A DNA stretch of 64,000 bases from Carcharhinus amblyrhynchos (lineage: Eukaryota), in contig OZ336885.1 in NCBI GenBank assembly GCA_965287045.1, positions 40,424,001 to 40,488,000 of the forward strand, read 5' to 3'. Below the pieces are notes generated by a model. The model did not search any database and was not told where the DNA came from. It saw nothing but the letters and a program-made list of their open reading frames with translations. Shown here piece after piece: positions 48,931-62,611 of the stretch (position 1 is its first letter; each line of letters starts with the position of its first letter). The position numbers and the translations under genes are program-made.

Positions 48931-49344
48931 AACTGAGGCGCTGGTGGGGGAGGGGAGGATGTAGTGAGGGGGCGATGTGGAGATCATGTCCTTCATAAGG
49001 AAGTCAGGAAAGTCCTAGAGAAAGAAGAAACAGGCAATTTGCCTTTTGCTGTATGTTTTGTTGGTCTCCCAGTACTTGAGGAACTTCAGTGGGTTTGAAA
49101 TACAATTATTGTTGAGAATTCTCAAACATTAAGAACACTTCTTTTATTTTTAAAATGCATGGCAGCAAAATGACTCAGATTCTGTAGTTTGTGATGTCTG
49201 CAATTGAAATATTCAAGGGAAAATCTCTTTGGATGATAGTTAATTAGAGTACACATAATATTATTTTGTCTGAGGCCCAATGATCTTTGGCAACTGAATG
49301 AGTGACATTCTCTCCTTTGTAAAATCAGATATATTGAGAAAATT

Positions 49345-49620
49345 AGGAGGAAAATTCTCCCAAAAAAATTCCAAGTGTCAAATTCACGTAAAACTGGAGT
49401 AAAACATGCTGGGTTTTTTTTCAGAGGGAGTTTCAAAATGAATCTCCCACAATCTGTACACTGCAGAGAGCCATAGCGTAAATCTGGTTGAAAATCTGTT
49501 GGCAGGGCTTATTCCCACTGAAGAGGCTGCCAACATAGCGCTGAGCGGGTCACTGTACATACGCTGATTTGTCAGCACCGAGAACGGCAGATGCGCAGTA
49601 GCCCTGCAGTAATGAAATTG
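49345..49620 (+). mobile_element. Left part of non-autonomous Harbinger-like element
   Basis: Collinear with 62612-62820. Confidence 0.7.
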
Positions 49621-49749
49621 ATCCCAGTGTTAGAGGATTAGCAGAGTAAATGAGAGTTACAGGAATAGAGTCTCAGTGGGATTGTGATCGAGAGACTTGA
49701 TGGGCTGAATGGCCTTCTTTTGTACTGTGGGGATTTTGTGATTCTATAT

Positions 49750-50470
49750 TCTGAGCAAGTGGATGAGCAAAGAGGGGGCTCCAATAGAGACAAAAGTGGG
49801 TCTCTGTACGTGGAGCCAGAGGATGTGGGCAAGGTCTTCACTGAATATTTTTCATCTGTATTCACTAAGGAGAAAGATATTGTAACAGGGGATTTCATTT
49901 AAAAGTGAAATTCTAAAGCATGTTCAGATTGATAAGGAGGAGATATTAGATGTTTTAGCAGACATAAATCACCAGAGTTTGATGAGATGTATCCCAGGCT
50001 GCTTTGGGGGGCAAGGGCAGAGATCGCTGGGACCCTGATGGAGTATTTAAATCTTCACTGGCCATAGATGAAGTGCTCGTTGATTGGAGGTAGCTAATGA
50101 GGTACCTTTTTTCAAGAAGGGCAGTAGAGGTAATTACAGGCCAGTTAGTCTAACATCAGTGGTAGAGAAATTATTGCAAAAGAAGTCTGAGGGACAGAAT
50201 TAATCAACACTTCAAAAAGAAGCAAATTGGATCCAAAATTGACTTGTTAATTTGGAGGCAAAGGGTGATGATGGAGTGTTGCTTTTGTAATCGCTGCTGG
50301 AACCCTTGCTGTTTGTCATACACATTAATGACTTGGAATTGAATATAGAAGGTATAATTAGTAAGTTTGCAGATGACACAAAAATTGGCGGCGTTGTTGA
50401 TAGTCAGGAGTCTGAGACTATCACTAATATTAATCAGCTAGTAAGTTGGGCAGAGTAAGGGCAGATGGAA
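49750..50470 (+). mobile_element. CR1 RT-region relic with internal deletions, preceded by an HE1 tail piece (49660-49747)
   Basis: EYFSSVFTKE, NYRPVSLTSVV and SKFADDTKIGG in broken frames. Confidence 0.8.
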
Positions 50471-51894
50471 GCCTCTCCACATGACATGACATGAAACATG
50501 TTCCCTGTTTTTCTTGAACAGTGAGTGATAAGATCAGAAGAGAAAGCCATGTCGTTTTTTTCACCAAACCAACGCTCTGCCATGTTTAAGTAAGATTCCA
50601 CCCATGGCTCCTGTCCATCTGGCCAACATAATTGCTATTTTACTTAATGTTTTGGTGGTGGAATGGGTTGAGAAATGAGCTTCAAGAAGCTTACTTTGAT
50701 AAGAGAGCTGTAATAATTCAATTTTAATTAAATACTTAACACTCTTAAGTATATTTTGTTCAGACTTTGAATATTCTGCTTGAAAGTGTAGCATGAGTGA
50801 ATTTAATGGTAAGCCTGAAAAGGTAATTGGATGTACAAAGGTTCTCCGCCCTCCTCCCCCTTCCCACTCCCTACCACCACACACGCGCACACGCACACAC
50901 ACATCCCACTACGTATAACACTCATTCTTCAGGCGGGCAACCATTTATACTGGGCAGTTCATACTCCCCATTTGCCATCAAAATAGAAACCAACTTCAAT
51001 CTGTTGCTCACGATACAAGTTTCCTATTGCACGTAATTCAGTAAACGGTCTGCACCTTCATTGCTAATGGAGGACCTTTTGAAATTCTATAAAATTGACA
51101 TTTCAGTGGCAAAGTGAATTGAAAAGAAACTGTATGTCCTGGTGTCACAGCAAAAGAGGTCAAATAGAGATTGGTTGTGATTATTGCTGCCCACAAGCTC
51201 CGCTGTTCAATTTCAAAGTTCCCAAACTGCTGCCAAGGCTTTTGTGTGCACGATTCAAAAAGTAACTTCCAATAATAAATACACTAAAATCAGCTGACCT
51301 GCAGCACTCCTCTGGGTGTCTTTTAATGATACAGGAGGATTTTGAGAGTAGGTTCATTAATGGTTTTACCATCCAACTGGTATAAAGTGTGAATCTGGAT
51401 CACTGTAATGCCACCACTTTGAATGGTTGTTGAAAAGGATAGAATTGCAAGGCTTTGGGAATAATTGAATAGGTGAGCCAGCGAAAGCACAATGGGCTAA
51501 ATTGATATTAAAATTGTTTGATATTTTAAAGTGGATTTTGAATTATTCCAGCCATGACTTTAATTTCAGAAAACCCTGAAATTTATAATATATAGTCGCT
51601 TTAAATAGAGAGCAATATTGAGTAATTGCTTTATCAGAGTGTTTGAGTCCTGTTGTATTGATTGGAGAGTTAATTTCAAGTAACACTGCTATGTTTTAAC
51701 TACTGTTCATCAGGTGACTCATCTTCATCATACTCCCTGTTGGTGAGTTTCAGTTCAACACTTATTCAATCTGTTGTGGCCCTGTGAGTTTCGGACTTAT
51801 TTTTAAAGCTAACTTTTCAAATGTCCCTGACTGGGACTGTTCTTTTACCAACACTGTTTCTTAGTCTTTCTTTAAGATAGGATCTTATGTAACT

Positions 51895-52116
51895 CTTTGC
51901 ATGGAGTTTGCACGTTCTCCCCATGTCTGCATGGGTTTCCTCTGGGTGCTTTGGTTTCCTCCCACAGTCCGAAAGACGTGATGGTTAGGTGCATTGACCA
52001 TGCTAAATCTCCCTCAGTGTACCCGAACACGCATATAATGACTAGTGGATTTTCACAGTAACTTCATTGCAGTCTTAATGTAAGCCTAATTGTGACTAAT
52101 AAATAAACTTTACTTT
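51895..52116 (+). mobile_element. HE1-like SINE variant with alternative tail
   Basis: Body plus GGATTTTCACAGTAACTTCATTGCAG..GTGACTAATAAATAAACTTTACTTT. Confidence 0.85.
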
Positions 52117-52401
52117 ATATCAATGGTTTGGATAACATACGTTAACATCTACTGTAAAAGATAATGAAGTATGAATGTTGAAGGATAAGTGGAATATTCA
52201 GACCTAACAATTTGATTATTTGGGTGCAAGAGTCATGATTCATCACCTGCTTGTACCAGTTCTCATTGAGGTGGACAGAACATAAATTTCCTCCTGCCTC
52301 CACAATTACGAGAATGTGGTGTACTGCCAAGTACAACTCGGTCTGCTGGCTGGATGGCTGCATGCACAATGTGGGGCCTAAGGCTCTGGGAGTTAAACAC
52401 A

Positions 52402-52530
52402 GGGGGCAGAATTTTACTGGCATGTCTGCCCAAGGTTTGTACAATCCCACCCGAGGTCAACGGAGAATGCTATTCTCCGAGCCTCACTAGTCCCCAGAAT
52501 CAGGGCGGGTGTGCTGGTAAAATTCTGGTC
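52402..52530. mobile_element. Short MITE
   Basis: TIRs GGCAGAATTTTAC and GTAAAATTCTGGTC. Confidence 0.75.
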
Positions 52531-52647
52531 TGGATATTTCAGCTGGCCTCCAGAGCTTAGGGACAGTGTAACCCTCTTGAAAAATTCTTCCGCTGCAGAA
52601 TCCAGGTCTGCGAGGAATACACAGTTGAAGATTTGATGGTGAAGAAA

Positions 52648-52875
52648 AATGGAGCTCTGGCCAAAGGAAAGAGTCCAACGATTCTGAGATGCTGTACTGG
52701 AGGTACTTGTCTCAGAGGTAGACTTGAAAAGAGGGGCAATGTTTCTTGGGAGGCTAGGAAGAACTCACATTAGACCTTCCAAAAGGAGTAGGAGATAAAT
52801 GCTTGGAATCTGACCCTGAGGATATGGCAATAGTACAACAAGAAGTTTAATGATTTCACATGGCATGGTGATGGT
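52648..52875 (+). pseudogene. Harbinger Myb/SANT-like DNA-binding ORF relic
   Basis: MELWPKERVQRF*DAVLEVLVSEVDLKRGAMF ... KKFNDF, matching the R..RFS...LE.LV.EV ... KKFNDL pattern. Confidence 0.65.
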
Positions 52876-53593
52876 TAGCAAATGCATCTTCACATCACCT
52901 CTTATACTCACCAAACCATCAGCCATTCATGGTTCAACGGACAAAATACTTAGTTATCCCGTCACTTACTCAGCAGGATTCCTGCCTAATATTCATATAC
53001 TCCACCTTCCAGTAATTTCAGCCTCACACCCACCTCTCACTGTCTTTTCGGCTATGGCAGGCATATCATCCATACAAAATACCACACAATTGTTGATGGA
53101 AGATATGAATTGCCAAGTACAGAGCTGGTAACCCATGTACCCCAGTAACCTTGTTGTTTGATGGGGTCAATTGTCATAGGATAAATACATTGTGACTGGT
53201 AGCAGGATAGCTGCATCCATCAAAATAATGGTTTTGGCGGGGTCAGACATTTGCTTTGATTTGATTTATTATTGTCATATATACAGTAAAAATTATTGAT
53301 TCTTGCGTGCCATACAGACAAGGCATACTGTTTGTAGAGTACATTGGGGAGAAAGAAAAGAGAGGGTGCAGAATGTAGTGCTACAGTCATAGCTAGGCTG
53401 TGGAGAAGGATCAACTTAATATAAAGTATATCAAAGGACATTATCAGAGGGTTTAAAAGAGTTAGAGCACAAGCTTTAAAAGCATAAAACGAGAGTAAAT
53501 GATAAAATTAGAGGTGTGCTGATGAAAACTTGCAAGACGTTGCCTCAATTTGGCACCATCTTGATTTTTGAAAGAATGGAAAGGAAGCACTTA

Positions 53594-54600
53594 ATAAGAA
53601 CATAAGAACTAGGAGCAGGAGAAGGCCATCTGGCCCCTCAAGCCTGCTCCACCATTCAATAAGATCATAGCTTTTTTTTTGCGGACTCAGATCCACTAAC
53701 TCGCCAGCTCACCATCACCCTTAATTCCTTTACTGTTCAAAAATGTATCTATCCTTACTGAAAAACATTCAATGAGATACGCTCAACTACTTCACTGGGC
53801 AGGAAATTCCACAGATTCACAACCCTTTGTGTGAAGAAGTTCCACCTCAACTCAGTCCTAAATCTGCTCTCCCTTATTTTAAGGCCATGCCCTCTAGTTC
53901 TAGTTTCACCCACTAGTGGAAGCAACTTTCCTGCTTCTATCTTATCTATTCCCTTCATGATCTTATATGTTTCTGTAAGATCTCCCCTCATACTTCTGCA
54001 TTCTAATGAGAAAAGCCCCAGTCTACTCAGTCTCTCCTCATAAGCCAACCCTCTCAACTCCGGAATTAACCTAGTGAATCTCCTCTGCACCCCCTCCAGT
54101 GCCAATATATCCTTTCTCAAGTAAGGAGACCAAAACTGTACACAGTACTCCAGGTGTGGCCTCACCAGCACCTTATTCAGCTGCAACATAACCTCGCTGA
54201 TTTTAAACTCCATCACTCTAGCAATGAAGGACAAAATTCCATTTGCCTTCTTAATTACCTGCTGCATCTGCAAACCAACTCCTTGTGATTCTTGCACAAA
54301 GATACCCAGGTCCCTCTGCAATTAACATGCTGCAATTTTTTGCCATTTAAATAATAGTCCATTTTGCTGTTATTCCTACCAAAATGGATGACATCACATT
54401 TACCATCATTGTACTTCATCTGCCAGACCCTCACCCATTCACTTAGACTATCCATATCCCTTTGCATGCTTTCAGTGTCCTCTGCACACTTTACTCTGCC
54501 ACTCATCTTAGTGTCATCTGTGAATTTTGACACACTACACTTCATCCCCAACTTCAAATCATTTATGTAAATCATAAAGAATTGCGGCCCTAACACTGAT
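53594..54600 (-). mobile_element. 5'-truncated CR1, related to but diverged from the 26652 element
   Basis: ORFs 54255-54596 and 53755-54321 align to the ORF2 C-terminus with frameshifts; AAGAACAT tail repeats. Confidence 0.92.
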
Positions 54601-54790
54601 GATTATTTTGTAAATTGAGTTTGTTCTTTATATGCCCTGTTTAGGAATAGAACTCCAACTCACCTGATGAAGGAGGAGCGCCCTGAAAGCTTATGGCTTG
54701 TGCTACCAAATAAACCTGTCGTACTTTAACCTGGTGTTCTGAGACTTCTTATTGTGCTTACCCCAGTCTAATGCCGGTATCTCCACATCA
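54601..54790 (+). mobile_element. Penelope-like 3' terminal fragment with hammerhead motif (54661-54696)
   Basis: Homologous to 16525-16713; CTGATGA..GAAAGCTTA. Confidence 0.8.
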
Positions 54791-55823
54791 AACCAGATTA
54801 ACACATGCTTCCATATCTAGACATGCATCCATCTTATCTGGGCAGTGAATAAATACTACTTATGAAGTTATTTTAATGTTCTTACCATTAGAAACTCTTC
54901 TGATAAAACTCGCATATTTTCAAGATTTCAGTATTCCTTTAGAATATGGCTTTATCCTAATGCCCTTTGCCATGATGCTTTGCAGCAATCTGACTTTGGC
55001 TAAAGTGAACAATGATTCTTAAAAATACACTATATATTAAAATTATCAATATATATGTTTTAAATCATAATCACTTGTTTAAATCTCTTACTGCATTTCA
55101 TATGTGTATAAACTGCTTTCCTGTTAGCTTATAAGTCTGTTTTAAAGTAATTTAACTCAATACTGATAATTCTGTCTGTGTCTTAATGGTTTAAAAATCA
55201 TTATTAACCTATTAGGATTTCTTCCCCTTGCACAGAGCTTCCCCTCTGAACCCTCAGCTTGGTTTTCCTGATCCTGTTGCAGACCAAGGGACATTGCCAC
55301 CACAACCCACATTCCTAATGTGGTTATTCCCTTGACTTCAATGGCTGCAAGCACTGGCTGTTAAAAATCCACTAACAGCACAAAACACAGAGCATCCAAT
55401 AGCTCAGCCTAAGCTGAAACAAGTCAAAAATACATGATCTAAACCTAGTTGACTGATCCATGAAATAGTAAAGGTGCAGGACGCATCTTGTAGCAGAACA
55501 CCTGGGTCAAGCTGTTCTGACTACCAAATCCATATTGGATGTGGTGGACCATTTAAATTGCTGCTTACATTGACAGGACCATAATATCCTGCTAGGAAGG
55601 AGTGGCTGTAAAATCCTGCTCCTGATCATTGTTGTGTGACAACTGTTGTGCCAATATGACAAATGGGCCTAACTGGTCCAAATTTGCAACATGGACCTCA
55701 CATGAGCCTGAGTGGTTATGTAATGTCATGATCTCATGGGTTCCATTGCTTCCAATACTCAAAGGTGATTCCTGCATGAATGCCCCTGCTCCAAGCTGGA
55801 ACACTGCCTGGCCATGCCACACA

Positions 55824-55869
55824 TACTGTAACCGAGTGCCCGCACCTAGTCGAGTACTCGGTTACAGTA
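55824..55869. repeat. 46-bp hairpin with TA at both ends
   Basis: TACTGTAACCGAGT and ACTCGGTTACAGTA are perfect 14-bp reverse complements. Confidence 0.9.
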
Positions 55870-56814
55870 ATGCTACCACCTGCAGTGCTACTGATCCAAA
55901 TTTATCATCTCAGATCTTCTGAGAGTTGTGTGTGACAATTTGAGCTCCTTTTCATTTAGCGTAAAGAAGTGGATAGAGGGCAGCATTGTCCTGTGTATGT
56001 ATTAGAACTCCTAGCTCTGCAGTCTCCTGCATTTGTTGAATAGGCTGTTTGTCTCGAAAGTTGAATTTATTGGATCTTTTCTAAATAAATTTGAGGTTAA
56101 ATATTTCATTGCCTGTGCTAATAATTTGCATAAAAATGTCTTTAATACATATTGCCAAGTCATTGATATGTTCACAGCATTTCAATGTCACAACAAACCT
56201 TTATTTTTAAATGAGTGTCTCCAAGTTACTTGATCTATCACTTTATGTTAAATTAATCTTTTTATCATTCTGCTACACTGAAAATTTAATTCACTTACAT
56301 ATGGTTCAGGTGAATCATTTCTGATCAAATAAAACTGGGGGATAATTGGGTACTTGCTTTGGAAGGATTTGGTCAGACTATTCCAGCAAATATATTCAAC
56401 TTGGAAGAACATTAATCAAACTGATGTAAATACTCACTTTTTTCGAGTTTTCTTTATTTGGAATTATTCATCACTTGGTTTCAACATTGGAGAGTATTTT
56501 TTTCTCCCAACATTTCAGCAAACAATCACATGTTATTCCAGGCATTGCTGCAAAACAATGTCTATCATTTTAAGATTCAAAGCCATAGTTATTGCATTAA
56601 AATACTTAAGTCATTAGTTGTCCAGAGGACAGCAGCATTGAAAAATGCTAGCGCTGGAGGAATTTTCCATTCCAATTTTTGGGGTGAAGGAACAAGGGAG
56701 GAGCTTTTACATTAATGGGATTCCCCCAATTGATTGTCTTCACCCCTCAATGGTTTTGTAACAGAAATCCTAATGTTCAAAGTCAGGATTTCCATAAATT
56801 TATTGCATAAATTA

Positions 56815-56955
56815 AAATAAAAGCAAATACTACGAATGCTGGAACCTGAAATAAAAACAGAAAATGCTGGAAAATCTCAGCAGGTCTGACAGCATCTGTG
56901 GGGAAAAAATAGAGCTAACATTTCAAGTCTCGATGACGCTTCATCAGACCTGAAT
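56815..56955 (-). mobile_element. Penelope-like 3' end (second family) with hammerhead motif
   Basis: Minus strand TCTGATGAAGCGTCATCGAGACTTGAAATGTTAGCTCT then CAGATGCTGTCAGACCTGCTGAG. Confidence 0.7.
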
Positions 56956-58718
56956 TTAATTTCGAACTTCGAACACGCTGAACTTTGTCAGTGCATAAAT
57001 TTAAATGTCATTATCAGGCCTTTACACCCGATAATCTCCCCTACATTAAATTGTCCATCCACCTTGGCTTGAGGGCATGCCATTGTGAATCACGACAAGT
57101 CCCCCATGATGTGTATCTGGCAAGTAGAACCTGCTGGAAGTGCACAAGTGCATTCAGCCGATGGGGAGAGATCATGCCCAGCCAATACCCTGGCACTGCT
57201 CCCAGTAGTGAAGGAAGTGCCAGGGCATTTCGTGGGAAGGTATCATGATGGGGATGGGGAGGGGTAAAATCATGGGGGAGAGGTGAGTTTTTGTGGGAGA
57301 TCTGGTGTCTCCATTTTTGTATATCCTTTGATTGGTGCACCATTTAAAAACCTAAGTTGCTAGTGGACGGGATCATTTAGAGCCCACCCCATCAGCAATG
57401 ACATTGTGAGACCCAAGTCTTGGGTCTCTTTTTTTATCAATGAGTTTAGAAATATGGCACGTAAACCCTCAACAAGATTGTCAGTCTCCCCCTTCCCCCT
57501 TCTTCCCCTGACTCCTTCCCCAGCCCGGGACAGATGACAAATGGGAAAATTCCACCCATTGTCTTTTAAAATCACTCCATGAAAGGAATGAAAGAAGGCA
57601 ACTTGGGAGTGGGTAGTAGGAGGGTTGAAATGAAGAAAACATCTATCTTTTACCTCATCAGCAGCAAGATTTTATATGATTAACAGTAATACAAGCTATT
57701 CACAACACAAGGTGCACCAGGATTGCCGAGTAAAGAACCTTAGCCACATTTGCATTTCAGATTTACTGAAAGGTGGCTGATACTGCGAATGTAATGTCTG
57801 TAAAAGCCACATGTGTCTAACATTTGGTCATCTGTAGACCAGACTACGAAGACAAGACAATTCTACTAGATATCTCCAAAGACAAATAAACCTGAGAGCA
57901 TAATGAGAGCAGCCCATTCGATCCCAGAATACACCCTCTGAATAACCAAAACTGTAGTTTGGTTCTTAATGAAGCAAACTTCAGTTTCTTGTGATTAAAC
58001 TAGACCTGCATACCAGAGCACATCAATTGCATTATCTGTACTTCAACATTCTTCATCAATTCAGAAAATCAATATAAAGTGATAGCCCCGAGTAACAAAG
58101 TTTCACATAACCTTTTCATGCCTGCTGCATCTTCCGCTGCGGAAATGTATTGTATTATTTTATAATTTATACTACCTACAGAGACATTTCTCAGTGCCAT
58201 TTACCTTTGACACAGGAGATCAAACGTTGCATTAATTATCCCTCATCCATTGTTGTCTAAGTATAATCATCAGGTTCAAGAGGTGTTTGTTTCTATGATA
58301 AATAATTCAACTGTGACGCCATTTTTATCCCACCAAATAAATCAAGGTAGCGTTCGATGATAGAACATGTCTATTCACAGGAGTACAACTTTACAATTCA
58401 GACAATAATGGCTTTGTAATTGACATTCTTTGTACTAATTGCTCTTAGAGCAGTATGATACTTTAAAGAGAGAATCAAAAGGGAACACATATGTAGAAAT
58501 GTTTGGTTAAAGTCAATTTTATTCAGGGAGAGTTGAGTATTATTTTGAATATGTCGAAAACAGATCCCATTTACTGTCACTCCAACCGAACAAAACACAT
58601 GCATTTTAGTTTAAAATGTATCTTGTTTCACTGTAAATAAATGTTTTGTCATTGATCTTGGTCTTTTTTATTTTAAGACTTCTGTGATTCTGCATGACTG
58701 GATCCCTGCCATTTGACT

Positions 58719-59027
58719 GGGCGGCACGGTGGCACTGCTGCCTCAAAGTGCCAAGGACTCAGGCTCAATTCCAGCCATGGGTCATGTCTGTGTGGAGGTT
58801 GCACATTCTCCCTGTGTCTGCATGGATTTCCTCCAGGTGGACCAGTTTCCTCCCACAGTCCAAAGATGTACAGGTTACGTTGAATGGCAATGCTAAATTG
58901 ACCCTCATGTCGGGGGGATTGGCGGGTTAAATGTGTAGGGTTGCGGGAATGGGGCCTAGGTGGGATAGTGATCGGTACAGATTCGATGGGACGAATGGCC
59001 CCCTTCTGTACTGTAGGGATTCTATGA
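58719..59027 (+). mobile_element. HE1-like SINE
   Basis: GGGCGGCACGGTGGCAC head and GGGATTCTATGA tail. Confidence 0.92.
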
Positions 59028-60123
59028 AGGTGCAGTCCCTCTGTTGCCAAAGTGTTTAGTCACAATGTACGCTAATTTACCAGGCTTACTTCAGCTGCAC
59101 TTTCAATCTCTATGATCTCTATTAACAAAAAGGACTTTAGTGACATCATGGGAACTTTGTCAATATCCCCTCCCTGCCTCCTGCCACCCAAATCATTCTA
59201 ACCTGGTTGTGTTTCATTGTTTCTTCCCCTGTGCTAAAATCCCAGCCTATGACCATCACAAAGACTATAGCAATTGAAGAAGAAGGCCCACCAGTATGAG
59301 AGCAGCCGGTAAATGCAATTTAATAATCTCACTGGTATCAAGCTTTAAAAAATAACTTTGAAAATGTTGAAAGCTTTGAAGATATCACATTAAAATAACA
59401 GACCCTATTTCAGCACAAATTATATTGTTATTTTGTGGTTTCCCAAGACAAAAAAGGCATATTTTTTGTTGTCAGTAATGAATGCATGGCAGTCAGTATG
59501 CCTTGTACTTGCTTTCTGTGCATTTTTACGCTGTGATTTGTGCTAAAGAGATGAAACAGCGCTGTTCCCTGTACAGGTGATCTGGGACTTACGTGAATAG
59601 GTTAAACAATGGGACGACTGGAAAGCAGTTTGCACACATATGAAATGCAGTAAGAGATTTAAACAAGTGATTATGATTTAAAACATATATACTGATCATT
59701 TTAATGCATAATGTATTTTTAAGAATCATTGTTCTCTTTAGCCAAAGGCAGATTGCTGCAAAGCATCATGGCAACAGGCATGCCTGTGATGACTGCCCTC
59801 TTAATGAAGGCAGTACTGAGAAGCGTGTGTTGGAGATATGCAGAATAGACAGATAGCCAGTCAGTGAGTAGCACTGATTTGGTGCTAGTGCTGCCATTGT
59901 GGAGCTTGTCACTCAGGTTAATGACATTGCTATACTTCACAGCAGGAAGCACCCTCACTATTGCCATTTAAAGGAATCATGAATAACGTGCACTTTACTC
60001 ACACTGTTTGACCTGCACATGGATACAGTTACAGCTGATGAACTTGACACAGATTGCTGCTGCGTGTGGAGAAGCTGTTGTCTGTGACTTCAAGAACTGT
60101 GGGCCTGGCACTTGGTCTCAGTC

Positions 60124-61060
60124 ATGAGGGTTTTAGAAGCCATCACTCTTGGATTACAGCATGGGATGGAGATAGTGTGGAGGCAGCAAAGAAGAGGACA
60201 AGCTGCCAACAGAGGGTGGAGAATGGGGAAAATCAATCTCAGCAGAAAGCCTCATCATAGAATCATAGAAACCCTACTGTACAGAAAGAGGCCATCTGGC
60301 CCATTGAGTCTGCACCGACCACAATCCCACCCAAGTTCTACCCCCATATCCCTACACATTTATCCACTAATCCCTCTAACTTACACATCTCAGGACACTA
60401 AGGGGCAATTTTAGCATGGCCAATCAACCTAACCCACACAGCTTTGGACTGTGGAGGGAAACCGGAGCACCCAGAGGAAACCCATGCAGACACGAGGAGA
60501 ATGTGCAAACTCCACACATTGACACTGTGACCTGAGGCGGGAATTGAACCCAGGTTTTTGGAGCTGTGAAGCAGCAGTGCCAATCACTGTGCTACTGTAC
60601 CGTACCAATCATGTGTGGTCTTCTAAGAGCATCTACCCAATTTTCCACCTTGGCCAGAAACATTGCTTGGGATATCGCTGCTACATTAAAGAGATGTTCA
60701 CTAAAATCTTTCATGTTTTTGGAGGATGATTCTGACAGTAGTTGTGAACATACCAGTGTCCCTTGATTTCTTCTTATCGTACTGGAGCAGACAACCTTTC
60801 CAGCATTTCCCAGTTTGCCATCTGCCGGTGCATCTGGGAGATGATCAAAGCTCTTGGTATCCAGAGAAAGGAGCAGGTGGAAAGTCTGTGCTATGTTAAC
60901 TGGCTGCCTCATGGTGTAGGGTGCTATAGACTGTACACATGTGACTTTGTGAGCACTGAGTCTTGATGCTAAGATGCATTGAAACAGCAAAGGTTGCCAC
61001 CCACTGAAAGTGTGACCACACTCAGCACATTGTGCTGATGAATTCACACAATCCAGGTAT
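60124..61060 (+). pseudogene. Harbinger (HARBI1-type DDE) transposase relic interrupted by a SINE
   Basis: LSRKPH, SISQFAICRCI, MV*GAIDCTHV, NSKGCHPL and CDHTQHI..NPG occur in the expected order, with stops and frameshifts. Confidence 0.8.
60254..60601 (-). mobile_element. HE1-like SINE
   Basis: Near-complete copy with TCATAGAATCATAGA tail. Confidence 0.92.
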
Positions 61061-61154
61061 CTCTCTTGATGTTTGTAATCTGTGGTAGTCTGTTATTCCT
61101 GCAAATTTTCAGCCAAAACATCAAATCGAAGGTTGACTGTGGGAGACCGGGGAG

Positions 61155-62019
61155 GGGAGGAAGATTCTCCCAAAAGTACTGAATTGGTGGGAAAGCTGTT
61201 CTAGATCACTACTGTTTTCTCAGTTCAACTTCACACTCGAATCTCTGCACCCTGCACACTGCGGAGATCACAATCATGAATATCATTAAAAATGCAGGGA
61301 GCAGGGGCCTATTCACACTGGAGGCTGATAGTTCTGGAACTCTGCACATGCTCAGTGGTCCTAATCTGTCAGACTCACCGTTTGCTGGCCAGCTCAATCA
61401 CTGGGGCTCCCGCAGTGCTGCCCCTCCAGCCCCCTCCCCCAGTCTGATCGCGGCCCCCACAACAATTCCTGGGCCAATCCTGATCCCCTCATTCCAGAAT
61501 GCTCTGATATTCAGCTCCCCACGCCCAGCAATGGTGATTTCCACCCCCCCTCACCCCGCAGACCCCCCAGCCCCCTGCTGACATCAGACTACCCCCCCGA
61601 CCCACACCCCCCCAGCCCCCCCCGACATCCCCCCCCCCCCACCCCGGAAGACCAGCCCGCCCCAATCGCTGCCTCCGTTCATCCTAGACCGATTGCCATG
61701 CAGATTAGCAGCCATCGCCACCGATCAGCCCTAGGCCCCGTTCACAATGGACCCCACCCCTTGGCACTGCCTGATGCTCGTAAGTTCCTGATAATGAAAT
61801 GTTAAACATATGTAAGCTACATTAAAAAAAAAGATTCAAATCACTTACCTGTCTTCCTGTCAGTTTCCAGTGTGGTCTGGCCTAAAACTGTTCTCCGGCT
61901 CTGGGAGATGCATATGCATTCTTGGCTCATGCGCAAATCCTGGAAAAAGGCCATAGATGCGCATCTCCTAGTCTGACCCAACAGAAAAGTTGTGGGTCGC
62001 GATGGGAGAATTGTCCCCC
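61155..62019 (+). mobile_element. Non-autonomous Harbinger-like TIR element
   Basis: TIRs GGGAGGAAGATTCTCCCA and TGGGAGAATTGTCCCCC; C-rich interior. Confidence 0.7.
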
Positions 62020-62611
62020 AGGTTTCCACCCAGCAATCCAGCCACACACATATAATAGAGTCTGGCTATTATGAGAAACCTCATCCAACTGATCAGTGAA
62101 CTGTTGAAGCAATGGTCCTGTGGCAAATTGAGATAAAGGAAACCTTTTGATTATTTAAAAACGTTTGGGGAACCTGTAGTTGTTTTTAAATGTTTGAAAA
62201 TGACTTTTAAACATTTGTATCAATTGTAAAGGGATCAGTTATAAATATTGGATAAAAAGAAATACTTGTCCATGTGACCTGACAACTATGACCTGGAAGT
62301 AGTACCAACATGACAGCAGTTAAAAAAGAGGCTGTGTGGTAAATGCTGAGCTGGAGAGAAAAGGTGATTGGAAAACTGACTGGAGATTGTTGAACGGTTG
62401 GAAATCAAGCTTAGGATTGCTGTTGCTCTTTCTTTCACTTATGTGGTTGAATGAGTAGAATTGGCCATATTGTGCAAAGATAAAGGTGATTCTCATAGAC
62501 CCATGGTACTTTAACGAATGGGAAGCTGAGAGGAGGTTTTGGAAAGTAGCGTGCCATTGTATAGAAGACTGGAATCCTGCCAAAGAAAAATATGAGATTG
62601 AAAACAAATCT

